Below, piece after piece: positions 9,926 through 19,278 of a DNA stretch of 64,000 nucleotides. The translations under genes were made by a program, and so were the position numbers. This DNA is from an uncultured Bacteroidia bacterium (GTDB lineage Bacteria > Bacteroidota > Bacteroidia > Bacteroidales > UBA932), in the NCBI GenBank assembly GCA_902762435.1, contig CACWOH010000009.1, positions 3,278-67,277 of the forward strand. Direction: 5' to 3'. The notes under the pieces are model-generated. The model made no database searches. It had not been told where the DNA came from and saw only the letters and a program-made list of their open reading frames with translations. The stretch's first letter is position 1, and each line of letters starts with the position of its first letter.

Positions 9926-10675
9926 GTGGCCACGATAGGCATATTTGATTCTGGGTCGGGAGGACTTTCGGTATTGAAAGAGATACGGAAGGTCCTCCCT
10001 TCCGGACATTTCATCTACTACGCCGACAACGCCCACTGTCCCTACGGGGAAAAGAGCCAGGACTATATCCGTGACCGCGCCCGCGCGGTCACGCGCCTGC
10101 TTCTGGACAAGGGTGCGGAACTCATCGTGGTGGCCTGCAACACGGCCACCGGTGCCGCCATCGCGGCGCTGCGCGAAGAGTTCGACGTCCCCTTCGTGGG
10201 CATGGAGCCGGCCGTGAAGCCCGCCGCCCTCGGCACGCGCAGCGGGGTAATCGGCGTGCTGGCCACGGCCGGCACGCTCAAAGCGTCCAAATACCTCAAC
10301 ACCAAGGGCCTCTACCAGGACAACGTACGCATCGAGGAGCACGTCGGCGAGGGCTTCGTCCAGCTGGTCGAACGGGGCGAGCTGGACGGACCGGAGGCGG
10401 AGCGCACCGTGCGCGCGAGCCTGCAGCCCCTGCTGGACGCCGGGGCGGATATCATCGTGCTCGGCTGCACGCACTATCCGTTCCTGCGCCCCGTGATCGA
10501 GCGCATCGCCGGACCTGACGTCCGGATCATCGACCCCGCACCCGCCGTGGCGCGCCAGGTGGTCAAAGTGCTGGGCACCTTGACCACCCATCCATACGAC
10601 GACGGCCCCGGAAGCCTCGAACTCCTTTCTTCCGGCGACCCGGCCACGCTGCACGCCCTCGCCTCCCTCATCTGA
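9926..10675 (+). CDS. murI: Glutamate racemase
   Basis: IGIFDSGSGGLSV, CPYG, VACNTA, LGCTHYPF; GTG start. Confidence 0.95.
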   Translation: MATIGIFDSGSGGLSVLKEIRKVLPSGHFIYYADNAHCPYGEKSQDYIRDRARAVTRLLLDKGAELIVVACNTATGAAIAALREEFDVPFVGMEPAVKPAALGTRSGVIGVLATAGTLKASKYLNTKGLYQDNVRIEEHVGEGFVQLVERGELDGPEAERTVRASLQPLLDAGADIIVLGCTHYPFLRPVIERIAGPDVRIIDPAPAVARQVVKVLGTLTTHPYDDGPGSLELLSSGDPATLHALASLI

Positions 10676-10702
10676 CAGAAAACAACCATCATCATTGACC
10701 GT

Positions 10703-12166
10703 ATGAAAAGAATCCTTACCCTCCTTGCCCTGTCCCTGCTGGCATTGACGCTCGGCGCACAGGACAAAGTCACCAAAAAGGTCCTGGAACTGGGCCGTAC
10801 CGACAACCGGACCATGGAGCACGCCGACTACATCGCGCGCAACATCGGAGGGCGCCTGGTGGGCACGCACATGCTGCACCACGCCGAAGACTGGGTGGTG
10901 GAACAGTTCCGTTTCTGGGGGCTCGAAGTGACGGTGCAGGAAGCCGTCGAGATCGGCGTCGGCTTCGACCGGGGCCCCTGGTCCGGCCGTATGCTCTCCG
11001 AAGACGGCATGACGCTGCACTTCGGCACCCCCGCCTACACGGCCGGCACGCGCGGGCCGCAGAAGGGCCGCGTGTATCTGGAACCCAAGACGCAGCGGGA
11101 TTTCGACCGGATGAAAGGGGCGCTGAAAGGCGCCTGGGTGCTGCTGGAGACGGGGCCTACGAGCGGGCTCGCCCTGGACGCCAGCCCGAAGGCGGACTCC
11201 ACCCGCGCCGCCCTGCTGGCGGAAGGGAAGGAGGGGTCCGTGCTCTTCTACCGCCAGATGGTGGACGCCGGCGTACTCGGCTTCATCCGCCCGGCGAAGC
11301 TCCCGATGCAGGTGCTCTACAACCGTGCGATGTGCTTCGACCTGACGATGGACACCCTGCCGAAGGCCTGCGACATTCTGCTCGACGAACACCAGTTCGA
11401 GATCATCAGGCGCAAGGCCGCCGACCGGGAGGACTTCCAGCTGGAGTTCGACATCCGCAACCACTTCTTCCCCGGGCCGATGAAGTACCACAACATCCTC
11501 GCCGTCATCAAGGGCTCGCAGAAGCCCGACGAGTACGTGATGATGGGCGGCCACCTGGACGCCTATGACATCGCGACCGGCTCCACCGACGACGGCCAGG
11601 GCGTGTGCGTGACGATGGAGGCCGCCCGCCTGCTTGCCGCCGCGGGCGCGAAACCCAGGCGTTCCATCATGTTCTGCATCTGGACTGCCGAGGAGTACGG
11701 CCTGCTGGGCTCGAAGTATTTCGTCGAGAACAAGACCGTGCCCTGGAACAAGATCTCCAACTACTTCAACCGCGACGGAGGCCCGCTGGCGGCCACTTCC
11801 ATCACCGTGCCGCCCGCGATGTACGACGATTTCGTGAAGGTCTGCGAGCCGCTTGCGGACTACAATCCCGACATTCCCTTCACCGTGAACAAGCGCGAGG
11901 GCGAGCCGCAGGCACGCCCGACCAGCGCCGGCGGCTCGGACCACGCCTACTTCGCGATGAACGGCGTTCCCGCCATCTCCTTCCGCGAGAGCGACGTGTT
12001 CGGCTACGACTTCATCTACCGCGACATCTGGCACACCGAGGACGACCTGTACGACAAGCTGATCCCGGAGTACCTCGAGCACTCGGCCGTCGTGCAGGCG
12101 GTCACCGCCTACGGCCTCGCCAACCTGGACCACCTCCTCTCCCGCGAGGGACTTTACAAAGACTGA
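10703..12166 (+). CDS. M28 family peptidase (carboxypeptidase Q-like), secreted
   Basis: Signal peptide; GGHLDAYD, TDDGQG, AEEYGLLGS, SDH, WHT. Confidence 0.85.
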   Translation: MKRILTLLALSLLALTLGAQDKVTKKVLELGRTDNRTMEHADYIARNIGGRLVGTHMLHHAEDWVVEQFRFWGLEVTVQEAVEIGVGFDRGPWSGRMLSEDGMTLHFGTPAYTAGTRGPQKGRVYLEPKTQRDFDRMKGALKGAWVLLETGPTSGLALDASPKADSTRAALLAEGKEGSVLFYRQMVDAGVLGFIRPAKLPMQVLYNRAMCFDLTMDTLPKACDILLDEHQFEIIRRKAADREDFQLEFDIRNHFFPGPMKYHNILAVIKGSQKPDEYVMMGGHLDAYDIATGSTDDGQGVCVTMEAARLLAAAGAKPRRSIMFCIWTAEEYGLLGSKYFVENKTVPWNKISNYFNRDGGPLAATSITVPPAMYDDFVKVCEPLADYNPDIPFTVNKREGEPQARPTSAGGSDHAYFAMNGVPAISFRESDVFGYDFIYRDIWHTEDDLYDKLIPEYLEHSAVVQAVTAYGLANLDHLLSREGLYKD

Positions 12167-12207
12167 CGTCTTGCCAGAATTGGCGGGATTGATTATCTTT
12201 GTAAGTT

Positions 12208-13275
12208 ATGATAAGTCAGGAGCAGATAAAAGCATTGCAGGAGCGTGTCGAAACGCTCCGCGGCTGCCTCAGGATCGACGAGAAACGGGCGGACGTGAAG
12301 GAGAAGGAGCTCCGGAGCCAGGCCCCGGATTTCTGGGACGACCCCAAGCAGGCGGAAACCTTCCTCAAGGGACTGAGCGGCGTCAAGGCGTGGGTCAGCG
12401 CCTTTGACGGGGCGAAAAGCGCCGTCGAGGACCTGGAGGTCCTGCAGGAACTGGACCCGGAAGGCACCGAGATCGACGCCGCCTACGCGCAGGCCTGCAG
12501 CCAGGTGGAAGACCTCGAGCTCAAGAACATGCTGGGCGCGGAGGGCGACAACCTCGGCGCCGTCCTCACCATCAATTCCGGCGCCGGCGGCACCGAAGCC
12601 AACGACTGGAGCGCGATGCTGATGCGCATGTACATGCGCTGGGGCGAGCGCAACGGCTACAAGATGACCGTCACCGAAGAGATCGAGGGCGACGAGACCG
12701 GCATCAAGTCCTGCACCATCCAATATGAAGGAGACTACGCCTACGGCTACCTCAAGGCCGAATCCGGCGTGCACCGGCTCGTACGCATCTCCCCGTTCAA
12801 CGCCCAGGGCAAGCGGCAGACCACTTTCAGCTCCGTGTTCGTCTATCCCCTCGTGGACGACAGCATCAACATCGAGATCAACCCTTCCGACATCGAGTGG
12901 GACACCTTCCGTTCCGGCGGCCACGGCGGCCAGAACGTCAACAAGGTGGAGACCGGCGTGCGCGTGCGGCACATCCCGACCGGCATCACGGTGGAGAACA
13001 CCGAGACGCGCAGCCAGCAGGACAACCGCCAGCGGGCCCTGCTCATCCTCAAGTCCCGCCTCTACGACATCGAACTGAAGAAGCGCCAGGAGAAGCAGGC
13101 CGAGCTCGAGGGCCAGAAGAAAAAGATCGAATGGGGGTCCCAGATCCGCTCCTACGTCCTGCATCCCTACAAGATGGTCAAGGACCTGCGCACCGGCTGG
13201 GAGACGGCCGACACGCAGGGCGTGCTGGACGGCGACCTCAACGCCTTCATGAAAGAATTCCTGATGAACAACTAA
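12208..13275 (+). CDS. prfB: Peptide chain release factor 2, uninterrupted ORF
   Basis: SPF tripeptide (RISPFN), GGQ motif ([10 protein letters not shown]), WGSQIRSY. Confidence 0.97.
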   Translation: MISQEQIKALQERVETLRGCLRIDEKRADVKEKELRSQAPDFWDDPKQAETFLKGLSGVKAWVSAFDGAKSAVEDLEVLQELDPEGTEIDAAYAQACSQVEDLELKNMLGAEGDNLGAVLTINSGAGGTEANDWSAMLMRMYMRWGERNGYKMTVTEEIEGDETGIKSCTIQYEGDYAYGYLKAESGVHRLVRISPFNAQGKRQTTFSSVFVYPLVDDSINIEINPSDIEWDTFRSGGHGGQNVNKVETGVRVRHIPTGITVENTETRSQQDNRQRALLILKSRLYDIELKKRQEKQAELEGQKKKIEWGSQIRSYVLHPYKMVKDLRTGWETADTQGVLDGDLNAFMKEFLMNN

Positions 13276-13286
13276 ATCATACCGAT

Positions 13287-14912
13287 ATGAGCGACTTCAA
13301 ATACGCCCCGATGTTCCAGTTGGGCAAAGACACCACCGAATACTACAAGGTCCCCGGCTCCGAGCAGTACGTATCGACGGCAGACTTCGAAGGGCACAAG
13401 ATCCTGAAAATCAAAAAGGAAGGACTGACCGTCATGGCCAACACGGCCTTCCGCGACGTGAGTTTCCTGCTGCGCCGCTCGCACAACGAGCAGGTGGCGA
13501 AGATCCTCCGCGACCCGGAAGCCTCCGAGAACGACAAATACGTGGCGCTGACCTTCCTGCGCAACGCCGAGGTGGCCGCCAAGGGCAAACTGCCCCTCTG
13601 CCAGGACACCGGCACCGCCATCATCCACGGCGAGAAGGGCCAGCAGGTCTGGACCGGCTTCTGCGACGAGGAAGCCCTCAGCCTGGGTGTCTACAAGACG
13701 TACACGGAGGAGAACCTCCGCTACAGCCAGAACGCCCCGCTGGATATGTACAAGGAGGTCAACACCCGCTGCAACCTCCCTGCCCAGATCGACATCGAGG
13801 CCACCGAAGGCGACGAGTACCGCTTCCTCTGCGTGACCAAGGGCGGCGGCTCCGCCAACAAGACCTACCTCTACCAGGAAACCAAGGCCCGCATCCAGAA
13901 CCCGGGCACCCTGGTCCCCTTCCTCGTGGAAAAGATGCGCTCGCTGGGCACGGCGGCCTGCCCGCCCTACCACATCGCGATCGTGATCGGCGGCACCTCC
14001 GCCGAGAAGAACCTCCTCACGGTCAAACTCGCCTCCACCCATTACTACGACGGCCTGCCCACCAGCGGCGACGAAACCGGCCGCGCCTTCCGCGACACCG
14101 CGCTGGAGGAGCAACTGCTCGAAGAGACGCACAAGATCGGCCTGGGCGCCCAGTTCGGCGGCAAGTATATGGCGCACGACGTGCGCGTGGTGCGCCTGCC
14201 CCGCCACGGCGCCAGCTGCCCCATCGGCCTGGGCGTGAGCTGCTCGGCGGACCGCAACATCAAGGCGAAGATCAACGCCGACGGCATCTGGATCGAGAAG
14301 ATGGACGACAAGCCCTATGAGCTGATTCCCGAGGAACTGCGCCGCGCCGGCGAAGGCGAGGCCGTCCGGATCGACCTCGACCAGCCGATGAAGGACATCC
14401 TCGCCGAACTGACCAAATACCCGGTGAGCACCCGCCTGAGCCTCAACGGCACCATCATCGTGGGCCGCGACATCGCGCACGCCAGGATCAAGGCGCGCCT
14501 GGACGCCGGCGAACCGATGCCGCAGTACCTCAAGGACCATCCGATCTACTACGCCGGCCCCGCCAAGACCCCGGCCGGGATGGCCTGCGGCTCGATGGGC
14601 CCGACCACGGCCGGCCGCATGGACCCGTACGTGGACGAGTTCCAGGAGCACGGCGGCTCGATGATCATGCTCGCCAAGGGCAACCGTTCCCAGGCCGTCA
14701 CCGACGCCTGCAAGAAACACGGCGGCTTCTACCTCGGCTCCATCGGCGGCCCCGCCGCCATCCTCGCGCAGGAGAACATCAAGAGCATCGAATGCGTGGA
14801 ATATCCCGAACTCGGGATGGAAGCCATCTGGAAGATCCGCGTCGAAAACTTCCCCGCCTTCATCCTCGTGGACGACAAGGGCAACGACTTTTTCAAGCAG
14901 CTGGGGCTGTAG
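13287..14912 (+). CDS. fumA: Class I (Fe-S) fumarate hydratase
   Basis: [30 protein letters not shown]; true start ATG 13287 (MSDFKY). Confidence 0.93.
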   Translation: MSDFKYAPMFQLGKDTTEYYKVPGSEQYVSTADFEGHKILKIKKEGLTVMANTAFRDVSFLLRRSHNEQVAKILRDPEASENDKYVALTFLRNAEVAAKGKLPLCQDTGTAIIHGEKGQQVWTGFCDEEALSLGVYKTYTEENLRYSQNAPLDMYKEVNTRCNLPAQIDIEATEGDEYRFLCVTKGGGSANKTYLYQETKARIQNPGTLVPFLVEKMRSLGTAACPPYHIAIVIGGTSAEKNLLTVKLASTHYYDGLPTSGDETGRAFRDTALEEQLLEETHKIGLGAQFGGKYMAHDVRVVRLPRHGASCPIGLGVSCSADRNIKAKINADGIWIEKMDDKPYELIPEELRRAGEGEAVRIDLDQPMKDILAELTKYPVSTRLSLNGTIIVGRDIAHARIKARLDAGEPMPQYLKDHPIYYAGPAKTPAGMACGSMGPTTAGRMDPYVDEFQEHGGSMIMLAKGNRSQAVTDACKKHGGFYLGSIGGPAAILAQENIKSIECVEYPELGMEAIWKIRVENFPAFILVDDKGNDFFKQLGL

Positions 14913-14918
14913 AACGTT

Positions 14919-16136
14919 ATGATAGAGATCATCCAAGTCAACATCTCCGGCGAGGACAAGCCCGGACTCACCACGGCGCTCACCTCCATCCTCGCGCAGT
15001 ACGACGCCGGCATCCTGGACATCGGCCAGGAGAACATCCACAAGTCGCTGACGATGGGCATCCTCTTCAAGACGACCCCCGAGCAGTCCGGCTTCATCAT
15101 GAAGGACCTATTGTTCAAGGCGTCCGAGCTGGGCGTCCAGATCCGCTTCACTCCGGTCAGCCGCGAGGCCTACGACGCCTGGGTGGCCCGCCAGGGCAAG
15201 AACCGCTACATCGTGACGCTGCTGGGCCGCTCAGTGAGCGCGAGGCAGATCGCCGATGTCACGAAGGTCATCTTCGAGCACGGGCTCAACATCGACGCCA
15301 TCCGGCGCCTGACCGGCCGCCCGCAGCTCGAGGGCGTGGACGAGTCGTCCGCCAAGGCCTGCATCGAGATTTCCGTGCGCGGATCCCTCGACCACGAGGG
15401 CCGCAAGGCGATGCAGAACGCGCTGATGACCCTGCCCAAGGAGGGCCTGGACATCTCCTTCCAGAAAGACGACATCTACCGGCGTTCCAGGCGGTTGATC
15501 TGCTTCGATATGGACTCCACGCTCGTGCACACCGAGTGTATCGACGAACTGGCCGCACGGGCGGGCGTGGGCGAACAGGTCCGTGAGATCACCGCGCAGG
15601 CCATGCGCGGAGAAATCGACTTCACCGAAAGTTTCACCCGCCGCGTCGCCCTGCTGAAGGGTCTGGACGAGAGCGTGATGGAGGACATCGCCCGCAACCT
15701 TCCTTTCAACGAGGGGCTGGAACGGATGATGAAGATCCTCAAGATGGTGGGCTACAAGACCGCCATCCTCTCCGGCGGATTCACGTATTTCGGGAAATAC
15801 CTCCAGCAGAAGTTCGGCTTCGACTACGTCTACGCCAACGAACTGGAGATCGTGGACGGGAAGCTGACCGGCCGTTATGTCGGCGACGTCGTGGACGGTC
15901 GCCGCAAGGCCGAGCTGCTGCGGCTGCTCTGCCAGGTGGAAGGGATCAACCTGGCGCAGGCCGTGGCCGTGGGCGACGGGGCGAACGACCTGCCGATGCT
16001 TTCGCTCGCGGGCCTGGGCATCGCCTATCACGCCAAGCCCAAGGTGCAGGCGGGCGCCAAGCAAAACATCACCTCCATCGGCCTTGACGGCATCCTCTAC
16101 TTCTTAGGACTGAAGGACTCGCAGATCGATCCTTGA
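14919..16136 (+). CDS. serB: Phosphoserine phosphatase with two N-terminal ACT domains
   Basis: GEDKPG ACT motif; HAD motifs FDMDSTL, LSGGF, GDGAND. Confidence 0.95.
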   Translation: MIEIIQVNISGEDKPGLTTALTSILAQYDAGILDIGQENIHKSLTMGILFKTTPEQSGFIMKDLLFKASELGVQIRFTPVSREAYDAWVARQGKNRYIVTLLGRSVSARQIADVTKVIFEHGLNIDAIRRLTGRPQLEGVDESSAKACIEISVRGSLDHEGRKAMQNALMTLPKEGLDISFQKDDIYRRSRRLICFDMDSTLVHTECIDELAARAGVGEQVREITAQAMRGEIDFTESFTRRVALLKGLDESVMEDIARNLPFNEGLERMMKILKMVGYKTAILSGGFTYFGKYLQQKFGFDYVYANELEIVDGKLTGRYVGDVVDGRRKAELLRLLCQVEGINLAQAVAVGDGANDLPMLSLAGLGIAYHAKPKVQAGAKQNITSIGLDGILYFLGLKDSQIDP

Positions 16137-16143
16137 CCTTGGC

Positions 16144-16390
16144 CGAAACGGCAACTGTCCCCCGAAAGCAAAAAACACCCTGTCGGGAAAAGCTTTTCGG
16201 GGGACAGTTCCGTTTCCGGTCTGACAAGGGAACGCGGTGCGGGTGAAGGGGCTCGAACCCTTACGTCTTTCGACACGGGATCCTAAGTCCCGCTTGGCTA
16301 CCAATTACAACACACCCGCATTGTAGGCACAAAGATAATAAAAATCCCCCGGAAAGGAAGAAATGCTTCCGGGGGACAGTTGCCGTTTCG
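16144..16390. repeat. 26-bp palindromic REP-like unit in three full copies and one partial copy, flanking tRNA-Leu
   Basis: cgaaacggcaactgtcccccgaaagc at 16144-16169; inverted copies at 16192-16217 and 16365-16390; partial arm at 16345-16354. Confidence 0.8.
16238..16319 (-). tRNA. tRNA-Leu(TAG)
   Basis: GCGGGTG/CACCCGC acceptor stem, CGGGA-CTTAGGA-TCCCG anticodon arm, long variable arm GTC-GAAA-GAC. Confidence 0.95.
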
Positions 16391-16402
16391 ACCGAAGCGA
16401 AA

Positions 16403-18691
16403 TCAGAAGCGGTAGCTGAGTTTTTTCAGGTCCTCGTCGGCGGAGGAGCCGCCGAACAGGATCTCATAGTTGCCGTGCACGGGCACCATGTCCTGCGCCG
16501 ACTCGCTCCACCAGGTAAACACCTCGTCGTCCAGCGGAATGCGTACGGTGGCCGTCGCACCGGCCATCACGTTCACGCGGCGGAAGGCACGCAGCGTCTT
16601 CACGGGGCCGCGGGCGTCGTCCGGCTTGCGGACATACACCTGCACCGTCTCCACGCCGTTGCGCTTGCCGGTATTCTTGACCGTGAACTCCAGCACGCCG
16701 TTCTGGATCTTCCCGGCGCCATAGCGGAACTCGGTGTAGCTGATGCCGTAGCCGAAGGGGAACAGCGGCTTGCCGCGGAAATAGCGGTAGGTGTGGCCCT
16801 CCATGTCGTAGTTCTCCACCTCGGGCAGTTGGTTCACGTTGCGGTAGAAGGTCACCGGCAGCTTGCCGGACGGGTTTACCTCGCCGAAGAGCACGTCGGC
16901 GATCGCGGTGCCGCCCTCCTGGCCCGGATACCAGGCCTGCAGGATGGCGTCGCAGCTCTCCGTCTCCGGCACCAGGCCGATGGCGGAACCGGAGAAGTTC
17001 ACGAAGACCACCTTCTTCCCGGCGGCGTGCAGGGTGCGGAGCATCTCGCGCTGCACGGCGGGAAGTTCGATGTCGGTACGGTCGCCACCGGCGAAGCCCG
17101 GCAGCTGCACCGGCATCTCCTCGCCCTCAAGGCGCGGCGAGATACCGCCCGCAAACACCACGACATCAATGCCTTCCAGCTGTTTCAGCACCTCCTGCGC
17201 ATTGAACTCCGGCAGGAAGCTGCTGCGGAGCTGCTGGGTGCGGCGGGCGTAGCGGCGGACGTCGGCCACGTTGATCGCATACTGCTGCGCCACCTGCTCC
17301 AGCTCCGCGTCCGGGAGCTTCATCAGCTGGCCCATCGGGTTGTTGGGGTCGTTCTCCGGCAGGTACTCGGCTCCGATGATGCCGCAGCCCCGGAAGCTCA
17401 CGAGCCCGGGAACCCGCTTCTGCATCGCAGCGAGCAGGGTCACCGTCGATTTAGGAATGGGGTTGTAGTTGCCCCACATCATCTCGGTATCGTCCGCGTT
17501 CGGGCCGATGACGGCGATCTTCTGGCCGGGCTTGAGCGGGAGGACGCCGTTCTTGTTCTGCAGCAGCACCAGCGACTCGTGCGCCATGCGCAGGGACAGG
17601 GCGCGGTGCGCCTCACCCTCCACGATGGAAGGATCCAAGTCGTCCCAGGGCGACTCGCCGTCCATCTCGCCGAGGCGGAAGCGCTCGGTGAGGATGCGCA
17701 TCAGGTTGCGGTCCAGGTCCTTGACATCCAGCAGGCCGCGCTCGACAGCGGCGGGGATGTTCACGAAGGAACTGCCGCACTCGACGTCCAGGCCGTTGCT
17801 GACCGCAGCCGCCGTGGCTTCCACCGCGCTGGGCGAGAAGCCGTGCCGGCCCTCCCCGAAGAAGTCGGCGATGGCCCAGCAGTCGGACACCACCATCCCC
17901 TTGTAGCCCCACTCCTTGCGGAGGATCTGGTTCACCAGGTAGGAAGAGGCGGCGCAGGGCTCCCCGCGGAAGCGGTTGTAGGCCGTCATCACCTCCTGCA
18001 CGTGCGCCTTGGTCACGAGGTCCTTGAAGGCCGGCAGGTAGGTCTCCCGCAGGTCACGCTCGGACACCTGCGCGTCGAAGCGGTGCCGGTTGGACTCCAG
18101 GCCGGAGTGAACGGCGTAGTGCTTCGCGCAGGCGTGCGTCTTGCGGACCGGGGAATCTTCCGGCCCCTGGAGTCCGCGGACCACCGCCATACCGAGCCGG
18201 CCGGTCAGGTACGGGTCCTCGCCGTAGGTCTCCATACCGCGGCCCCAGCGGGGATCGCGGAAGATGTTGATGTTCGGCGTCCAGAAGGTAAGTCCTTGAT
18301 AGACTTTGATATCGTTGGTCGCCGCAGCTTCCTTGTTCTTGACACGCGCCTCGTCGCTGGCGGCGGTGAAGACTTCCTCCACCAGCGCCTCGTCGAAGCT
18401 GGACGCCATGCCGATCGGCTGCGGGAACACGGTCGCACTGCCGTTGCGGGCGATGCCGTGCAGGGCCTCGCTCCACCAGTTGTACTGCTTGATGCCCAGG
18501 CGCGGGATGGCCGGACTGGCGTGCATCGTCAGGGAAGCCTTCTCCTCCAGGGTGAGGCGGCTCAGCAGGTCAGCCGCGCGCCGTTCCGGCGATAGGCTCT
18601 TGTCCTGATACGGATAGGGCTGCGCGCCCAGGGAAAGGGCGGCACAGGCGGTCAGGACGATGGTCAGGATGGGTTTGCTCAAATTGTTCAT
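16403..18691 (-). CDS. GH3 beta-xylosidase/beta-glucosidase
   Basis: Signal peptide; WWSEALHG, RDPRWGRGMETYGEDP, CAKHYAVH, VVSDCWA, EGEE, AWYPGQ, C-terminal Fn3-like domain. Confidence 0.93.
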   Translation of the reverse strand: MNNLSKPILTIVLTACAALSLGAQPYPYQDKSLSPERRAADLLSRLTLEEKASLTMHASPAIPRLGIKQYNWWSEALHGIARNGSATVFPQPIGMASSFDEALVEEVFTAASDEARVKNKEAAATNDIKVYQGLTFWTPNINIFRDPRWGRGMETYGEDPYLTGRLGMAVVRGLQGPEDSPVRKTHACAKHYAVHSGLESNRHRFDAQVSERDLRETYLPAFKDLVTKAHVQEVMTAYNRFRGEPCAASSYLVNQILRKEWGYKGMVVSDCWAIADFFGEGRHGFSPSAVEATAAAVSNGLDVECGSSFVNIPAAVERGLLDVKDLDRNLMRILTERFRLGEMDGESPWDDLDPSIVEGEAHRALSLRMAHESLVLLQNKNGVLPLKPGQKIAVIGPNADDTEMMWGNYNPIPKSTVTLLAAMQKRVPGLVSFRGCGIIGAEYLPENDPNNPMGQLMKLPDAELEQVAQQYAINVADVRRYARRTQQLRSSFLPEFNAQEVLKQLEGIDVVVFAGGISPRLEGEEMPVQLPGFAGGDRTDIELPAVQREMLRTLHAAGKKVVFVNFSGSAIGLVPETESCDAILQAWYPGQEGGTAIADVLFGEVNPSGKLPVTFYRNVNQLPEVENYDMEGHTYRYFRGKPLFPFGYGISYTEFRYGAGKIQNGVLEFTVKNTGKRNGVETVQVYVRKPDDARGPVKTLRAFRRVNVMAGATATVRIPLDDEVFTWWSESAQDMVPVHGNYEILFGGSSADEDLKKLSYRF

Positions 18692-18755
18692 ATTATTTCA
18701 ATGATTGTTCAGCGGTTATCTACAAAGATAAAAAATATATCCGATTCCGAGGGGC

Positions 18756-18770
18756 TGGCATACGAATTGA
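18756..18770 (+). promoter_or_regulatory. Candidate sigma-54 (-24/-12) promoter
   Basis: TGGCATA-CGAA-TTGA with canonical spacing, 42 nt upstream of ATG 18813; no TAnnTTTG box seen on this strand. Confidence 0.5.
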
Positions 18771-18812
18771 GAGAAATAAATGCAACAAAACCTTTCAACA
18801 ACCTATTTAATT

Positions 18813-19211
18813 ATGCGTACACTTCTTAAATTGCTCGTTGCGGCCGCCATGGTCCTGACCGGATCGTTTGTGTCCAACGCCCAGCCGGGCGGCGGCTTCG
18901 GGGGCCAGATGGATCCCGAACAGATCGCCAAGTTCCGCGCGGACGACATGAAACAGACCGTCAAGCTCACGGACGACCAGTACAAGAAAGTGGTCGACCT
19001 GTACAAGGCGGAAATGGAAAACATGATGAAGATGTTCGAGAGCGGCGGCATGCCCGACATGGGCGAGATGCAGAAGCAGCGCGAAGAGCAGAACAAGAAA
19101 CTGCAGGCCATCCTCACCAAGGACCAGTTTACCGCCTGGACCAAGCACGAGGAAGAGCGGATGCAGCAGATGATGAACGGCGGCGGCTTCGGCGGCCCCG
19201 GCCCGCGCTAG
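18813..19211 (+). CDS. Spy/CpxP-like (LTxxQ, DUF4890-type) periplasmic helical protein
   Basis: Signal peptide; LTDDQ and LTKDQ motifs; Met/Gln-rich. Confidence 0.65.
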   Translation: MRTLLKLLVAAAMVLTGSFVSNAQPGGGFGGQMDPEQIAKFRADDMKQTVKLTDDQYKKVVDLYKAEMENMMKMFESGGMPDMGEMQKQREEQNKKLQAILTKDQFTAWTKHEEERMQQMMNGGGFGGPGPR

Positions 19212-19226
19212 CGTTTCCCGATCCTG

Positions 19227-19262
19227 AAAAAGGCGATGCACGCTGGTGCACCGCCTTTTTTC
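19227..19262. terminator. Bidirectional intrinsic terminator
   Basis: aaaaaggcgatgca...tgcaccgccttttt between convergent genes. Confidence 0.8.
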
Positions 19263-19278
19263 GTGCCGGAGCGGGACG

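Noticed and set aside
12897-13286. 130-aa N-terminal extension of fumarase
   Set aside because: Overlaps prfB in another frame; real start is ATG 13287 after an A-rich spacer
16144-16390. Repeat copies as a mini CRISPR array
   Set aside because: Copies are in mixed orientation with irregular spacing, a tRNA lies between them, and there are no cas genes
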